DNA from: an uncultured cyanobacterium
GTDB taxonomy: Bacteria > Cyanobacteriota > Cyanobacteriia > Cyanobacteriales > CAWUOF01
Reading direction: 5' to 3'
DNA: 64,000 bases
NCBI GenBank assembly: GCA_963744145.1
Contig: CAVUSO010000001.1
Coordinates: 3,168,001 to 3,232,000, forward strand
Within the stretch, counting starts at the first letter, position 1. The number at the start of each line of letters is the position of its first letter. Under the pieces are notes generated by a model. The model was not told the DNA's origin, ran no database searches, and saw nothing but the letters and a program-made list of their open reading frames with translations. Made by a program: the position numbers and the translations under genes. Below are positions 34,128-44,329 of the stretch, one piece after another.

Positions 34128-35894
34128 ATGTTACTATCCCTGCGGATTGAAAATTTTGCTCTGATTGACCATCTGGAGTTAGAATTTGGTCATGGGTTAA
34201 ATGTTCTTACTGGTGAAACTGGAGCTGGTAAGTCAATTATCCTGGACGCATTAGATGCAGCATTAGGAGGGAAACTCACCTCAAGAGCAGTTCGGACTGG
34301 TGCAAATCGCTCCTTGGTAGAAGCAACTTTTGAATTGAAACCAGATGTAGCCCAATGGTTGCGGAATCAGGAAATTGAGCTGTTAGAAGAGACATTAGTC
34401 GTCGCAAGTCGGGAACTGGTTTTAAGTGTAGGGGGAGTCAGAAGTCGCTCCCGTCTCAATGGTGTATTGGTGAATCGTCAATTGATGGATCAATTGCGCG
34501 ATCGCTTAGTGGAAATTACCGCTCAAGGTCAAACCAGTGGTTTAGGAAAAGCGGCTTTACAACGAGACTGGTTAGATTTATATGGTGGTCAGATCATCCT
34601 TCAGCAACGTCAAACTGTCGCTGCGGCTTTTGCTGCTTGGACTTCGGCTCGATTAGCTTTAGAAAAGAGAAGACAATCAGAACAGCAACGTCTCCAACGT
34701 CTAGATTTGTTGACTTATCAAAGTCAAGAACTGAGTACCGCTAATCTCACGGATATCGATGAATTAGAACAACTTGAGCAAGAACGTAATCGTTTAAGTC
34801 ATGTAGTTGATTTGCAAAAAGAAAGCTATCAAGTCTATGCAAATTTATATGAACAAGAGAACGGCGATCGAGCTGCCGCAGACTTGATTGGTCAAGCAGA
34901 AGCCACTTTAAGCGATATGGTGATTTATGATAGTCAATTACAACCCATTCTCGAAATGGTGCGAGATGCTTTAGCTCAAGTAACCCAAGCAGGAAGACAG
35001 CTAGCTAGTTATGGTGCTAGTCTAGAAGCTGACCCAGAAAGATTGAGCGAAGTAGACGAGAGAATTCGGGAATTAAAACAAATTTGCCGTAAATATGGAC
35101 CGACATTGACCGAAGCGATCGCATACCGCGATCGGATTCAAGTCGAATTGACCGAACTCTGGTCAGATGGTCAGTCCCTGGATACCTTAGAACAAGCGGA
35201 ACAAATTTGCACTGCTCAATTAATTGCAGCTAGTGAAAAACTGACTAAGTTACGTTGTGCTAGTGCCAATCAACTAGAATCCCATTTAATTGCAGAACTG
35301 AAACCTCTAGCTATGGCAAAAGTTCAGTTTCAAGTAGATATTATGCCCTGTACCCCCACCGCAGCAGGAGCAGACCAAATTACTTTTAGTTTTAGTCCTA
35401 ATCCTGGTGAACCCATGCAACCTCTAGGTGCGATCGCTTCGGGAGGAGAAATGAGTCGCTTTCTCTTAGCACTGAAAGCTTGTTTTTCCCAGGTTGATCA
35501 AGTACCTACTTTAGTCTTTGATGAAATTGATGTGGGTGTGTCTGGTAAAGTTGCTCAGACGATCGCCCAAAAACTTTATCAACTCAGTGATCACCATCAA
35601 GTTCTCTGTGTTACTCATCAACCAATTGTCGCTGCTATGGCTGATTGCCATTTTCGGGTCAACAAACAAGTCATCGAACCCTCACAGATCGGAACAGAAA
35701 ATTTTCTCCCGGTTTCTGGGCCAAATGATTTACGAACCGTTGTGCGAGTGGTAACTTTAGATCATCAGCAACGCCGGGTCGAACTGGCCCAATTAGCTAG
35801 CGGACAGTCAGACTTAGAAGCGATCGCTTTTGCCGAATCTCTGTTAACTCAAGCAGAACATTTGCGGCAAAAACCAAATTCCCATTTGGCTTAA
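34128..35894 (+). CDS. recN: DNA repair protein RecN
   Basis: GETGAGKS, ASGGE and FDEID motifs. Confidence 0.97.
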   Translation: MLLSLRIENFALIDHLELEFGHGLNVLTGETGAGKSIILDALDAALGGKLTSRAVRTGANRSLVEATFELKPDVAQWLRNQEIELLEETLVVASRELVLSVGGVRSRSRLNGVLVNRQLMDQLRDRLVEITAQGQTSGLGKAALQRDWLDLYGGQIILQQRQTVAAAFAAWTSARLALEKRRQSEQQRLQRLDLLTYQSQELSTANLTDIDELEQLEQERNRLSHVVDLQKESYQVYANLYEQENGDRAAADLIGQAEATLSDMVIYDSQLQPILEMVRDALAQVTQAGRQLASYGASLEADPERLSEVDERIRELKQICRKYGPTLTEAIAYRDRIQVELTELWSDGQSLDTLEQAEQICTAQLIAASEKLTKLRCASANQLESHLIAELKPLAMAKVQFQVDIMPCTPTAAGADQITFSFSPNPGEPMQPLGAIASGGEMSRFLLALKACFSQVDQVPTLVFDEIDVGVSGKVAQTIAQKLYQLSDHHQVLCVTHQPIVAAMADCHFRVNKQVIEPSQIGTENFLPVSGPNDLRTVVRVVTLDHQQRRVELAQLASGQSDLEAIAFAESLLTQAEHLRQKPNSHLA

Positions 35895-35971
35895 CTCATT
35901 TCCCGAGAATTAAACAATCAACTAAACCCTTGCTTAGAGTAAAACTTTTATAATACTGCTTGGACTCGCCT

Positions 35972-38656
35972 ATGACAGCCGCATCTACCTCCTATCCGCG
36001 AACAGCATGGAACCACTCGGACACCGTCATTGAGGTTGTCGCCCAAAGAGTAACGGAAACACCTCCTCTAACAGTGGAGAGTATTCCTACCCTAGATGAA
36101 ATTACACCGCAACCGCAAGAGAGTCAACCATCCCAACCTCCGAATAACTTTGCCAATAGTAATCCAGGTAGTGCTTTAACTACCACAAAAGGCAGTTTTT
36201 CGGATTTTCTCGCTCCCTTAAGTAAAGATACTTTCAAACAAGTCGTTACTGACGTTGAAAGTAAACTTCAGGTAGTGAATCAAACCCTGTCAATGCTCGA
36301 TATGATTGACTCCCAGGGGTTTGATGCGATTTTAGATGAAATGTTGCGCTCGATTACCCTCAAAACCGGAGAATTATTAAACGCCGATCGCACGACCATT
36401 TTTTTATTAGATGAAGAAAGAAATGAATTATGGTCAATTGTCGCTAAGGGAGAAAATGGGCTGCCTTTAGAATTAAGAATTCCGGCTGATAAAGGGATTG
36501 CGGGTGAAGTAGCTACTGAAAAAAGACTAGTTAACATTCCCTATGATTTTTATAGCGATCCACGTTCAGCTTTTGCCCAAACGCAAGAGAAAAAGACCGG
36601 ATATCGCACCTATACAATGCTAGCATTACCGCTGTTAAATGACGAGGGAAATTTAGTAGCAGTTATTCAATTGATCAACAAATTAAAACCTGTTAATGAT
36701 CCGATCGCAATTTTATCAGAACGAATAGATATTAACGGTTTTACCGCCATTGATGAAGAAGTTTTTGCTCAATTTGCTCCTTCAATTCGGCTGATTTTAG
36801 AATCGTCTAAATCGTTTTATAAGGCAACTCAACGTCAGCGAGCAGCCGCAGCATTGATGACCGCAACCCAATCTCTGAGTCAAAGTAGTTTAGATTTAGA
36901 AGATACTTTGACCAAGGTGATGGATGAAGCGAAAAAATTAATGAACGCCGATCGCAGTACCCTGTGGTTGTTAGATAACGATCACGAGCAATTATGGACG
37001 AAAATCCCAATTAATGGTAGTTTAAAAGAAATCCGGATTCCCCGGAAGGCAGGTTTTGCTGGTCAAGTTGCGACATCTGGTGAACCCCTAATTATTGGAT
37101 TTGATATCTACGATCATCCTGGTTCAGAAACATCTAAACAAACAGACCAAAGAACTGGCTATCGCACCTGTAGTCTGTTGTGTATGCCAGTATTTAATGC
37201 TGATAAAGAATTAATCGGCGTCACGCAGTTAATTAATAAGAAAAAACAAGGTGATTTTCCGGCTTACGATCCAGCAGATTGGCCAAATGCTCCCGAATGT
37301 TGGCGATCGAGTTTTAATCGCAGCGATCTAGAATTTATGCAGGCATTTAATATCCAAGCAGGAGTAGCCCTGCAAAATGCCAAACTATTTGCCACCGTCA
37401 AACAGCAAGAACAAATGCAGCGGGATATTCTCCGCAGTTTGAGCAACGGTGTGATTTCCACCGATAAAGCTGGCAATGTTATAGCAGCTAATGAAAGTGC
37501 GAAAAAATTATTAGGACGTAGTGAAGAAGAGCGGATTGAGGGTAAATCAGTTCAGGAATTAGTCCGACTCGAAAAAGGTGATTTCTCCAAATGGTTTACA
37601 GATGCTTTAGCCGCTGAATCGGAAAAATCCAGACAGCAATATTATCCCGAACAAACTTTATTATCCCAGGGAGAAGAACAACATAGTATTAATTTGTCGA
37701 TCAACTCGATCGCTGATGCGGCTGACTCTAATAATGTCTATGGTGCATTAGTAGTAATGGAAGACATCAGTAACGAGAAGCGACTCAAGAGTACCATGTA
37801 TCGTTACATGACCCAGGAAGTAGCAGAACAGTTACTAGCTAGTGGAGATACGGGATTAGGAGGTAAACGCAAAGAAGTTACTGTATTGTTTTCCGATATT
37901 CGTAGTTATACCACTTTGACCGAAGGAATGGAAGCGGAAGCAGTGGTAGCGATGCTCAATGAATATTTCGAGTCAATGGTAGATGCGGTATTTCAATATA
38001 AAGGCACTCTCGATAAGTATATCGGTGATGCAATTATGGCCGTATTTGGGTCACCCTTACCCTTAGCAGACCATGCTTGGATGGCAGTGCAAACTGCGGT
38101 AGAAATGCGTCATCGTTTAGAGGATTTTAATAAAAAACGGGTGTTTGAAAGTAAGCAAACAATTAGTATCGGGATTGGTGTTCACTCTGATGAAGTAGTG
38201 AGTGGTAATATTGGTTCGAGCAAACGGATGGAATTAACTTCGATTGGGGATGGTGTTAACCTGGGATCGCGGTTAGAAGGAACCAGTAAGATGTATGGTA
38301 CGGATATTGTGATTAGCGAAAAAACCTTTCTACCTTGTAAGGACAAAATATATGTCAGAGAACTAGATTTTATTACAGTTAAAGGTAAAAATGAACCAGT
38401 AAAAATTTATGAACTGGTGGGACTTCGTTCTGAACCAGTAGCACCGGAAAAGTTAGAAATCATGGAACATTACGAAAAAGGACGACAATATTATCGCAAC
38501 CGCAACTTTATCCGTGCTTTAACTGAATTTGGTCAAGTTTTGGCAATTGATACGAAGAATAAAGCAGCCGATTTACATATAGATCGTTGCAACTACTTCA
38601 TCGAACATCCACCTGACGAAAATTGGGATGGGGTCTGGAGACTGACCGAAAAGTAG
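35972..38656 (+). CDS. cyaB: GAF-GAF-PAS class III adenylate cyclase (CyaB1-like)
   Basis: Two GAF domains with QLINK; PAS; FSDIRSYT, DKYIGD and TSIGDGVNLGSR; TPR-like tail. Confidence 0.9.
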   Translation: MTAASTSYPRTAWNHSDTVIEVVAQRVTETPPLTVESIPTLDEITPQPQESQPSQPPNNFANSNPGSALTTTKGSFSDFLAPLSKDTFKQVVTDVESKLQVVNQTLSMLDMIDSQGFDAILDEMLRSITLKTGELLNADRTTIFLLDEERNELWSIVAKGENGLPLELRIPADKGIAGEVATEKRLVNIPYDFYSDPRSAFAQTQEKKTGYRTYTMLALPLLNDEGNLVAVIQLINKLKPVNDPIAILSERIDINGFTAIDEEVFAQFAPSIRLILESSKSFYKATQRQRAAAALMTATQSLSQSSLDLEDTLTKVMDEAKKLMNADRSTLWLLDNDHEQLWTKIPINGSLKEIRIPRKAGFAGQVATSGEPLIIGFDIYDHPGSETSKQTDQRTGYRTCSLLCMPVFNADKELIGVTQLINKKKQGDFPAYDPADWPNAPECWRSSFNRSDLEFMQAFNIQAGVALQNAKLFATVKQQEQMQRDILRSLSNGVISTDKAGNVIAANESAKKLLGRSEEERIEGKSVQELVRLEKGDFSKWFTDALAAESEKSRQQYYPEQTLLSQGEEQHSINLSINSIADAADSNNVYGALVVMEDISNEKRLKSTMYRYMTQEVAEQLLASGDTGLGGKRKEVTVLFSDIRSYTTLTEGMEAEAVVAMLNEYFESMVDAVFQYKGTLDKYIGDAIMAVFGSPLPLADHAWMAVQTAVEMRHRLEDFNKKRVFESKQTISIGIGVHSDEVVSGNIGSSKRMELTSIGDGVNLGSRLEGTSKMYGTDIVISEKTFLPCKDKIYVRELDFITVKGKNEPVKIYELVGLRSEPVAPEKLEIMEHYEKGRQYYRNRNFIRALTEFGQVLAIDTKNKAADLHIDRCNYFIEHPPDENWDGVWRLTEK

Positions 38657-38840
38657 TATTCTGATGTCAGTTTGTCTACCTCGAATCGTTGAGTTAGGTG
38701 AAAAGAGGTTTCTGATCCGTTCCTCGCCAAAAAGCTAAAAACGGATGACAAATTACTGGAAAGCTTTCCCTAGAAGCATTCCCATCCTGCAACTCCCTTG
38801 TGATGGAGTCGCCTTACCCTCGCCGAAGACCGGATAGAAT

Positions 38841-39737
38841 ATGCAATTAGGTAGCCAGGAAACCAACTTTTCTGACATTGGTGCTGCAAAAAGCTTAACG
38901 TCTCTTGACCAAGCACGGGCAACCGGCGATGATAAAGACGTTTCGGTTTTGTTTTCGGATATTAGCGGCTACACCAAATTAATCAAAACTTTAGAATCAG
39001 AAGAGCTAGCCGATCTGCTCTCTGACTACTTCGATGCGATGGTGCAAGTCGTTTCTAAATATAAACAAACTCTCAATCAACAATTAGAATCGGCTTGTAT
39101 TGCTAATCGGATTATTACTCTGTTTGGTTCCCCCTTACCTTTGCCAGACCATGCTTGGATCGCCCTCAAAACAGCTCGGGAAATGTGCGATCGGTTGGCC
39201 AGTTTTAATGAAAATCGTCTGAAAACCCAAAAACCAGAGATTAAAATTGGAATTGGGATTAATTCAGATCGGGTCAACCCTCATGCTGTTGGTGCTACTC
39301 AGGGGATGGAATTTATGGCCATTGGTGCTGGCGTCCATCTGAGCTATCGTTTGGAAGGTGTTTGTAAGCAATATGGCTGTAAAGTTGTTTTGAGTGAAAA
39401 TACTTATAAACTTTGTCAAGATCGGATCTGGATTAGAAAACTAGACTCGATTCGGCTCCAAGGAAATAATCGACCCGCGATCGCTATTTATGAATTTCTT
39501 GGTTTCCGCAATGAACCAATTTCTGACCAAAAACAGCAAGTGATTGAACACTACGATAAAGGTAGGGAATATTACTTAAATAAAAAATTTGCGATCGCCA
39601 TGGGAGAATTTGCCACAGTCATGGAAATTGATAGCAGTGATAAAGCTGCGGCAATTCAATTAGCCCGTTGTCAACATTGGCTGAAATCACCTCCGACGGA
39701 GGAATGGGATGGCTCATGGACAATTGGTGATAGCTAA
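38841..39737 (+). CDS. Degenerate adenylate cyclase domain protein
   Basis: Paralogue of the upstream catalytic region (FGSPLPLxDHAW, WDG), with catalytic residues altered. Confidence 0.8.
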   Translation: MQLGSQETNFSDIGAAKSLTSLDQARATGDDKDVSVLFSDISGYTKLIKTLESEELADLLSDYFDAMVQVVSKYKQTLNQQLESACIANRIITLFGSPLPLPDHAWIALKTAREMCDRLASFNENRLKTQKPEIKIGIGINSDRVNPHAVGATQGMEFMAIGAGVHLSYRLEGVCKQYGCKVVLSENTYKLCQDRIWIRKLDSIRLQGNNRPAIAIYEFLGFRNEPISDQKQQVIEHYDKGREYYLNKKFAIAMGEFATVMEIDSSDKAAAIQLARCQHWLKSPPTEEWDGSWTIGDS

Positions 39738-39871
39738 AATTACCAAGAAAATCTAGTTGGTGGTGAACCGAATCTGTTTTAAAATGCTATTCGGAGCTTT
39801 CCTGTGATCGCCTTTTCCTCTAGACAAAGGCGGTGACAGTCGCGCAAAAATATTTCAGATGGAGAATGGTT

Positions 39872-40393
39872 TTGGATTTATCGCGTATTCCCCCCCAACC
39901 TAAACCGGGTCTAATCAATGTTGTGATTGAAATTCCCGCAGGTAGTAAAAATAAATACGAATTTGATAAAGATTTGCAAGCTTTTGCCCTGGATCGGGTT
40001 TTGTATTCCTCAGTTCAATATCCTTATGACTATGGATTTGTCCCCAATACCCTCGCAGATGACGGTGATCCTCTAGATGGAATGGTAATTATTGGTCAAC
40101 CCACCTTTCCTGGTTGTGTAATTGCTGCCCGTCCGATTGGAATGCTGGAAATGATTGATGGGGGCGATCGGGACGAGAAGATTCTTTGTGTGCCCGACAA
40201 AGATCCGCGTTATACCCAAATCAAAAGTATTCATGATCTCACCCCCCATCGCTTAGAAGAAATTGCCGAATTTTTCCGAACTTACAAAAATTTAGAAAAG
40301 AAAACCACAGAAATTCTGGGGTGGCAAGAAGTAGGAAAAGTGCTGGAATTAATCGACAAGTCCATTAAAGCACACAATGCTCAGCCCAAGTAA
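39872..40393 (+). CDS. ppa: Inorganic pyrophosphatase
   Basis: KYEFDK, YGFVPNT and DGDPLD; TTG start after GGAG. Confidence 0.96.
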   Translation: MDLSRIPPQPKPGLINVVIEIPAGSKNKYEFDKDLQAFALDRVLYSSVQYPYDYGFVPNTLADDGDPLDGMVIIGQPTFPGCVIAARPIGMLEMIDGGDRDEKILCVPDKDPRYTQIKSIHDLTPHRLEEIAEFFRTYKNLEKKTTEILGWQEVGKVLELIDKSIKAHNAQPK

Positions 40394-40446
40394 GTAAAAC
40401 CAGTCAATTTTGGTTTAGACCATCTCAGTTCATAAGTTTAGGTTCT

Positions 40447-40471
40447 GGCTGATCTTGGATTGAGATCAGCC
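40447..40471. terminator. Hairpin after ppa
   Basis: GGCTGATCTT-GGATT-GAGATCAGCC; no U-tract. Confidence 0.4.
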
Positions 40472-40666
40472 CGAGCGGATCAAAAAAGTCGCTCATATAA
40501 ATAAATCAACCGAGCAAAATTATTAATTCTGGCCAAAATGGCATAGACTAGCATTAATGGGGAAAATTAGATATAATTTTCATTATTGCACTTGCCAATC
40601 AATACATTTTGGCTAAAGGTTAGTTAACTTTCCCACGATCTCCCTTGGAGTTATTTTCAAATTACT

Positions 40667-41062
40667 ATGCAACGACCCCTCCTGTTGGCCAAGATTCCCA
40701 GTTGTACATTAACGGCTGTTAATTTGGATTACAGGGATAGCATCAGTATTGCTCAAACACTATTGGACGCTGCTGGTATTTTAGTATACGAGCAAGTACA
40801 AGTAGTGAATATCACCAAGGTCGAGCGTCTGATTACTTATGCACTTTCTGCTCCAGCGAATTCGGGTGCGATTAAACTTAATGGTGCAGCCGCCCGGATG
40901 GGCATGAAGGGCGATCGCTTAATCATCATGTCATATTGTCAACTAGCTGGGGAAGAACTAAAAAATTATTCGCCCAGGGTCATTTTAGTAGACGAACAGA
41001 ACCCTGTTGTAGAAGTTCGGACCTACACTGACTTGCTAACATTAGGCCATCCTGAATCTTAA
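40667..41062 (+). CDS. panD: Aspartate 1-decarboxylase, probably inactive
   Basis: [16 protein letters not shown] and LNGAAAR; cleavage motif reads YRDSI rather than Y-x-G-S-I. Confidence 0.88.
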   Translation: MQRPLLLAKIPSCTLTAVNLDYRDSISIAQTLLDAAGILVYEQVQVVNITKVERLITYALSAPANSGAIKLNGAAARMGMKGDRLIIMSYCQLAGEELKNYSPRVILVDEQNPVVEVRTYTDLLTLGHPES

Positions 41063-41065
41063 AAG

Positions 41066-41974
41066 ATGCCAGATAAACATCAGACTGTAAATCCTTCAGA
41101 ACCTGCTGAGGGGAAAGCCATCAGCCAAACTAGCCCAAGTGCTGAATTCAGCGTCTATTTTTGGGGAGTAAGGGGCAGCATTGCTACTCCTGGAATCGAA
41201 ACAGTTCGTTATGGGGGCAATACCTCTTGTGTGGAAATGCGGGCAGGAGGTAAACGCTTAATTTTTGATGGTGGGACGGGATTGCGGGTATTGGGGACAA
41301 CTCTGCTCCAGCAGATGCCCGTCGAAGCATATATGTTTTTTACCCATTCCCACTGGGATCATATTCAAGGGTTTCCTTTTTTTGTACCAGCATTTATCCC
41401 AGGTAATCGTTTTAATATTTATGGTGCAGTTGCTCCCAATGGTGCAACCCTGAAACAACGTCTATCTGATCAGATGCTCCATCCCAACTTCCCTGTCCCG
41501 CTTCGGATTATGCAGTCTGAATTAAACTTTTATGATCTTCACCCAGGTGATATTATTCATCTAGATGATATTGAAATTGAAACAGCCCACCTCAACCATC
41601 CCAGTGATGCGATCGGCTATCGTGTGACTTGGCAGGGACACACAGCCGTATACTGTACAGATACAGAACATCCCCAGGAAGGTTTAGATCAGAACATTGT
41701 ACATTTAGCCCGGAATGCCGATGTTTTTATCTATGATGCAACTTACACAAACGAAGAATATTATCATCTCAAAACTCCGAAAATGGGCTGGGGACACTCT
41801 ACTTGGGAAGTAGGAGTAGAATTAGCTAAAGCCGCAGGAGTTAAACGTCTACTGATTTTTCATCATGATCCCGCTCATAATGATGACTTTTTAGATCAGG
41901 TCGAAGCCCAGGTCCAAGCGATCTTTCCCAATGGGTTACTAGCTCGAGAAGGGATGATCCTGAAGTTGGTTTAA
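41066..41974 (+). CDS. MBL-fold metallo-hydrolase
   Basis: WGVRGS, YGGNTSC, HSHWDH, GHST and FHHDP motifs. Confidence 0.92.
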   Translation: MPDKHQTVNPSEPAEGKAISQTSPSAEFSVYFWGVRGSIATPGIETVRYGGNTSCVEMRAGGKRLIFDGGTGLRVLGTTLLQQMPVEAYMFFTHSHWDHIQGFPFFVPAFIPGNRFNIYGAVAPNGATLKQRLSDQMLHPNFPVPLRIMQSELNFYDLHPGDIIHLDDIEIETAHLNHPSDAIGYRVTWQGHTAVYCTDTEHPQEGLDQNIVHLARNADVFIYDATYTNEEYYHLKTPKMGWGHSTWEVGVELAKAAGVKRLLIFHHDPAHNDDFLDQVEAQVQAIFPNGLLAREGMILKLV

Positions 41975-41995
41975 TTATTGTTTAGTGGTGATGAA

Positions 41996-42036
41996 GCGGC
42001 GATCGGTTTGGTTAAATCGATCGCCGCACTTATTTT
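41996..42036 (+). terminator. Putative intrinsic terminator
   Basis: GCGGCGATCG...CGATCGCCGC stem followed by ACTTATTTT. Confidence 0.6.
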
Positions 42037-42181
42037 GAAGATAATCATACTTGACTATTATAACTGAATAGCTATAAAGTTTTTTTCAAATAGGAGCAGG
42101 CCGATCGCAACTAGTCATAGTTGAGGGATCTGGTGCAGCCATTTAATCATAAATAATTTACTCAATTCAGGAGTATTAATT

Positions 42182-44242
42182 ATGCGTATCCTGATGATTC
42201 AACCTAACTATCATTCTGGAGGGGCAGAAATTGCCGGAAATTGGCCCCCTAGTTGGGTGCCTTATGTCGGTGGAGCTTTAAAAACGGCTGGTTTTACCGA
42301 AATTCGCTTTATTGATGCGATGACTAATCATATAGAGGATGGTGAATTAGGGGAACAGATTAAAGCCTATCAGCCAGATGTGGTGCTAGCGACAGCCATC
42401 ACCCCGATGATCTATAAGTCTCAGAGTACCTTAAAGTTAGTCAAAGAAATTGCACCCCAGGCAAAAACAATTATGGGGGGAGTGCATCCCACCTATATGT
42501 ATCGAGAAGTGCTGCATGAAGCCCCCTGGGTTGACTATATTATTCGGGGAGAAGGAGAAGAAATTACGGTCAATTTGCTCCGAGCGATCGCTAATGGTAA
42601 GGATCAAAGCGATCGAAGGGATATTTTGGGAATTGCGTTTTTGGAAGAGGGTAGAGTGGTTGCGACACCAGCTCATCCACCGATTAAGGATCTAAATACT
42701 CTTACTCCCGATTGGAGTCTGTTAGAGTGGGAGAAATATATTTATACCCCGCTCAATACAAGAGTGGCTGTGCCTAATTATTCTCGGGGATGTCCATTCC
42801 GTTGTCGTTTCTGTTCCCAATGGAAATTCTGGCGCAAATATCGTTCCCGAACCCCAAAACATTTTGTTGATGAAATTGAACAGTTGGTGAAAGAGCATCA
42901 AGTAGGCTTTTTCATTTTAGCTGATGAAGAACCGACGATTAACAAATCTCGCTTTGTGGCTTTGTGTCGTGAGCTGGTTGATCGTAATCTTGGAGTGCAT
43001 TGGGGAATTAATACTAGAGTTACCGATATTCTGCGGGATGAAAAAGAATTACCACTCTATCGTCAAGCGGGATTGGTTCATGTATCTTTAGGAACGGAAG
43101 CAGCAGCCCAATTAAATCTGAATTTATTTCGGAAAGAGACAACGATCGCGGATAATAAGCGAGCTGTACAACTATTGCGTCAAAATGGGATTCTGGCAGA
43201 AGTGCAGTTTATTATGGGACTGCCCAATGAATTGCCAGAAACAATTGAAGAAAGTTATCGGATGGCCCGAGATTGGCAAGCAGACATGACCAATTGGAAT
43301 ATGTATACGCCCTGGCCCTTCTCCGAACTGTTCCAGGATTTAGCTGATCAAGTGGAAATTCGGGATTATTCTCACTATAACTTTGTTACACCCATTATCA
43401 AACCACAGCAGATGACGCGGGAAGAAGTCCTGAAAGGGGTACTGCGTAACTATGCTCGTTTTTATTCATGGAAATTTTTAGAGTATTGGTTTGAACCAGA
43501 TGCGTTTAAGCGTCGTTATTTACTGGGATGTCTCTGGGCATTTGTGAAGACAACACTGAATAAACGTTTTTATAACCTGAAACGGGTAAAACAGAAAGGA
43601 CTGCGAACAGAAATTGAGTTTGGGTTTGATGAATCGAGAATTTTAAGTACCGAGCAGATGGCTCAATTGAAACGCGATCGTCCGGTAGATATTGATTTTG
43701 TTGGCACAATTTCGGCTTGTGGTGGTCCAAATGATCTGCCTGATTACCAGACTCATACGAGTCTAACTCAACAACTCCATGAAGTGATTCAGGTGGCGAT
43801 CGTGGAAGATGATGAACAAATTCGCATTAATTTACGAGTGAATTTGCGTGATGAAGCTCAAAAAGTTTCTACCCATCAGCGGATTGAGGTTGCGAGTGAA
43901 GCTACTAATGGGGAAACTGGTTTAGTCTTGCTCGAATCGATTGATGTCGATGTCGCAGTGGTTGATGCTACTCTACCAGATCTGGATATAGCCAAATTTA
44001 TTCGCATGGCCCGGAAAGTCCAAGCAGGTTCTTATGTGACTTCATCGCGAATTTTGGTTTTAGCACCACCAGAACAGCAAACTCTTTTAGCCGATGCTCT
44101 GAGTGCGGGAGCGGATGGAGTTTGTTTAAAGGATGCACCAATTGAAAAATTAGCAGATGCCATCCGAACTGTCTATCAAATCGGAAGTTATCGGGATCTA
44201 GCGATCGCAAATCTTCCGGGAGTAGTTTCTCAAGCTGGTTAA
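42182..44242 (+). CDS. bchE: Anaerobic Mg-protoporphyrin IX monomethyl ester cyclase with C-terminal receiver-like domain
   Basis: PNYHSGGAEIAGNWPP, CPFRCRFC, LADEEP and NWNMYTPWPF; tail AIVEDD...VVD...LKD. Confidence 0.92.
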   Translation: MRILMIQPNYHSGGAEIAGNWPPSWVPYVGGALKTAGFTEIRFIDAMTNHIEDGELGEQIKAYQPDVVLATAITPMIYKSQSTLKLVKEIAPQAKTIMGGVHPTYMYREVLHEAPWVDYIIRGEGEEITVNLLRAIANGKDQSDRRDILGIAFLEEGRVVATPAHPPIKDLNTLTPDWSLLEWEKYIYTPLNTRVAVPNYSRGCPFRCRFCSQWKFWRKYRSRTPKHFVDEIEQLVKEHQVGFFILADEEPTINKSRFVALCRELVDRNLGVHWGINTRVTDILRDEKELPLYRQAGLVHVSLGTEAAAQLNLNLFRKETTIADNKRAVQLLRQNGILAEVQFIMGLPNELPETIEESYRMARDWQADMTNWNMYTPWPFSELFQDLADQVEIRDYSHYNFVTPIIKPQQMTREEVLKGVLRNYARFYSWKFLEYWFEPDAFKRRYLLGCLWAFVKTTLNKRFYNLKRVKQKGLRTEIEFGFDESRILSTEQMAQLKRDRPVDIDFVGTISACGGPNDLPDYQTHTSLTQQLHEVIQVAIVEDDEQIRINLRVNLRDEAQKVSTHQRIEVASEATNGETGLVLLESIDVDVAVVDATLPDLDIAKFIRMARKVQAGSYVTSSRILVLAPPEQQTLLADALSAGADGVCLKDAPIEKLADAIRTVYQIGSYRDLAIANLPGVVSQAG

Positions 44243-44252
44243 TATTTTCCTG

Positions 44253-44280
44253 GTAGGGGCGTATTGTAATACGCCCCTAC
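44253..44280. repeat. GTAG REP-like palindrome between convergent genes
   Basis: GTAGGGGCGTATT-GT-AATACGCCCCTAC. Confidence 0.85.
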
Positions 44281-44329
44281 AGTATAATGGGAGCGATCGA
44301 CGCCTGCTGACAGCCCTTCTATGAGGCAA

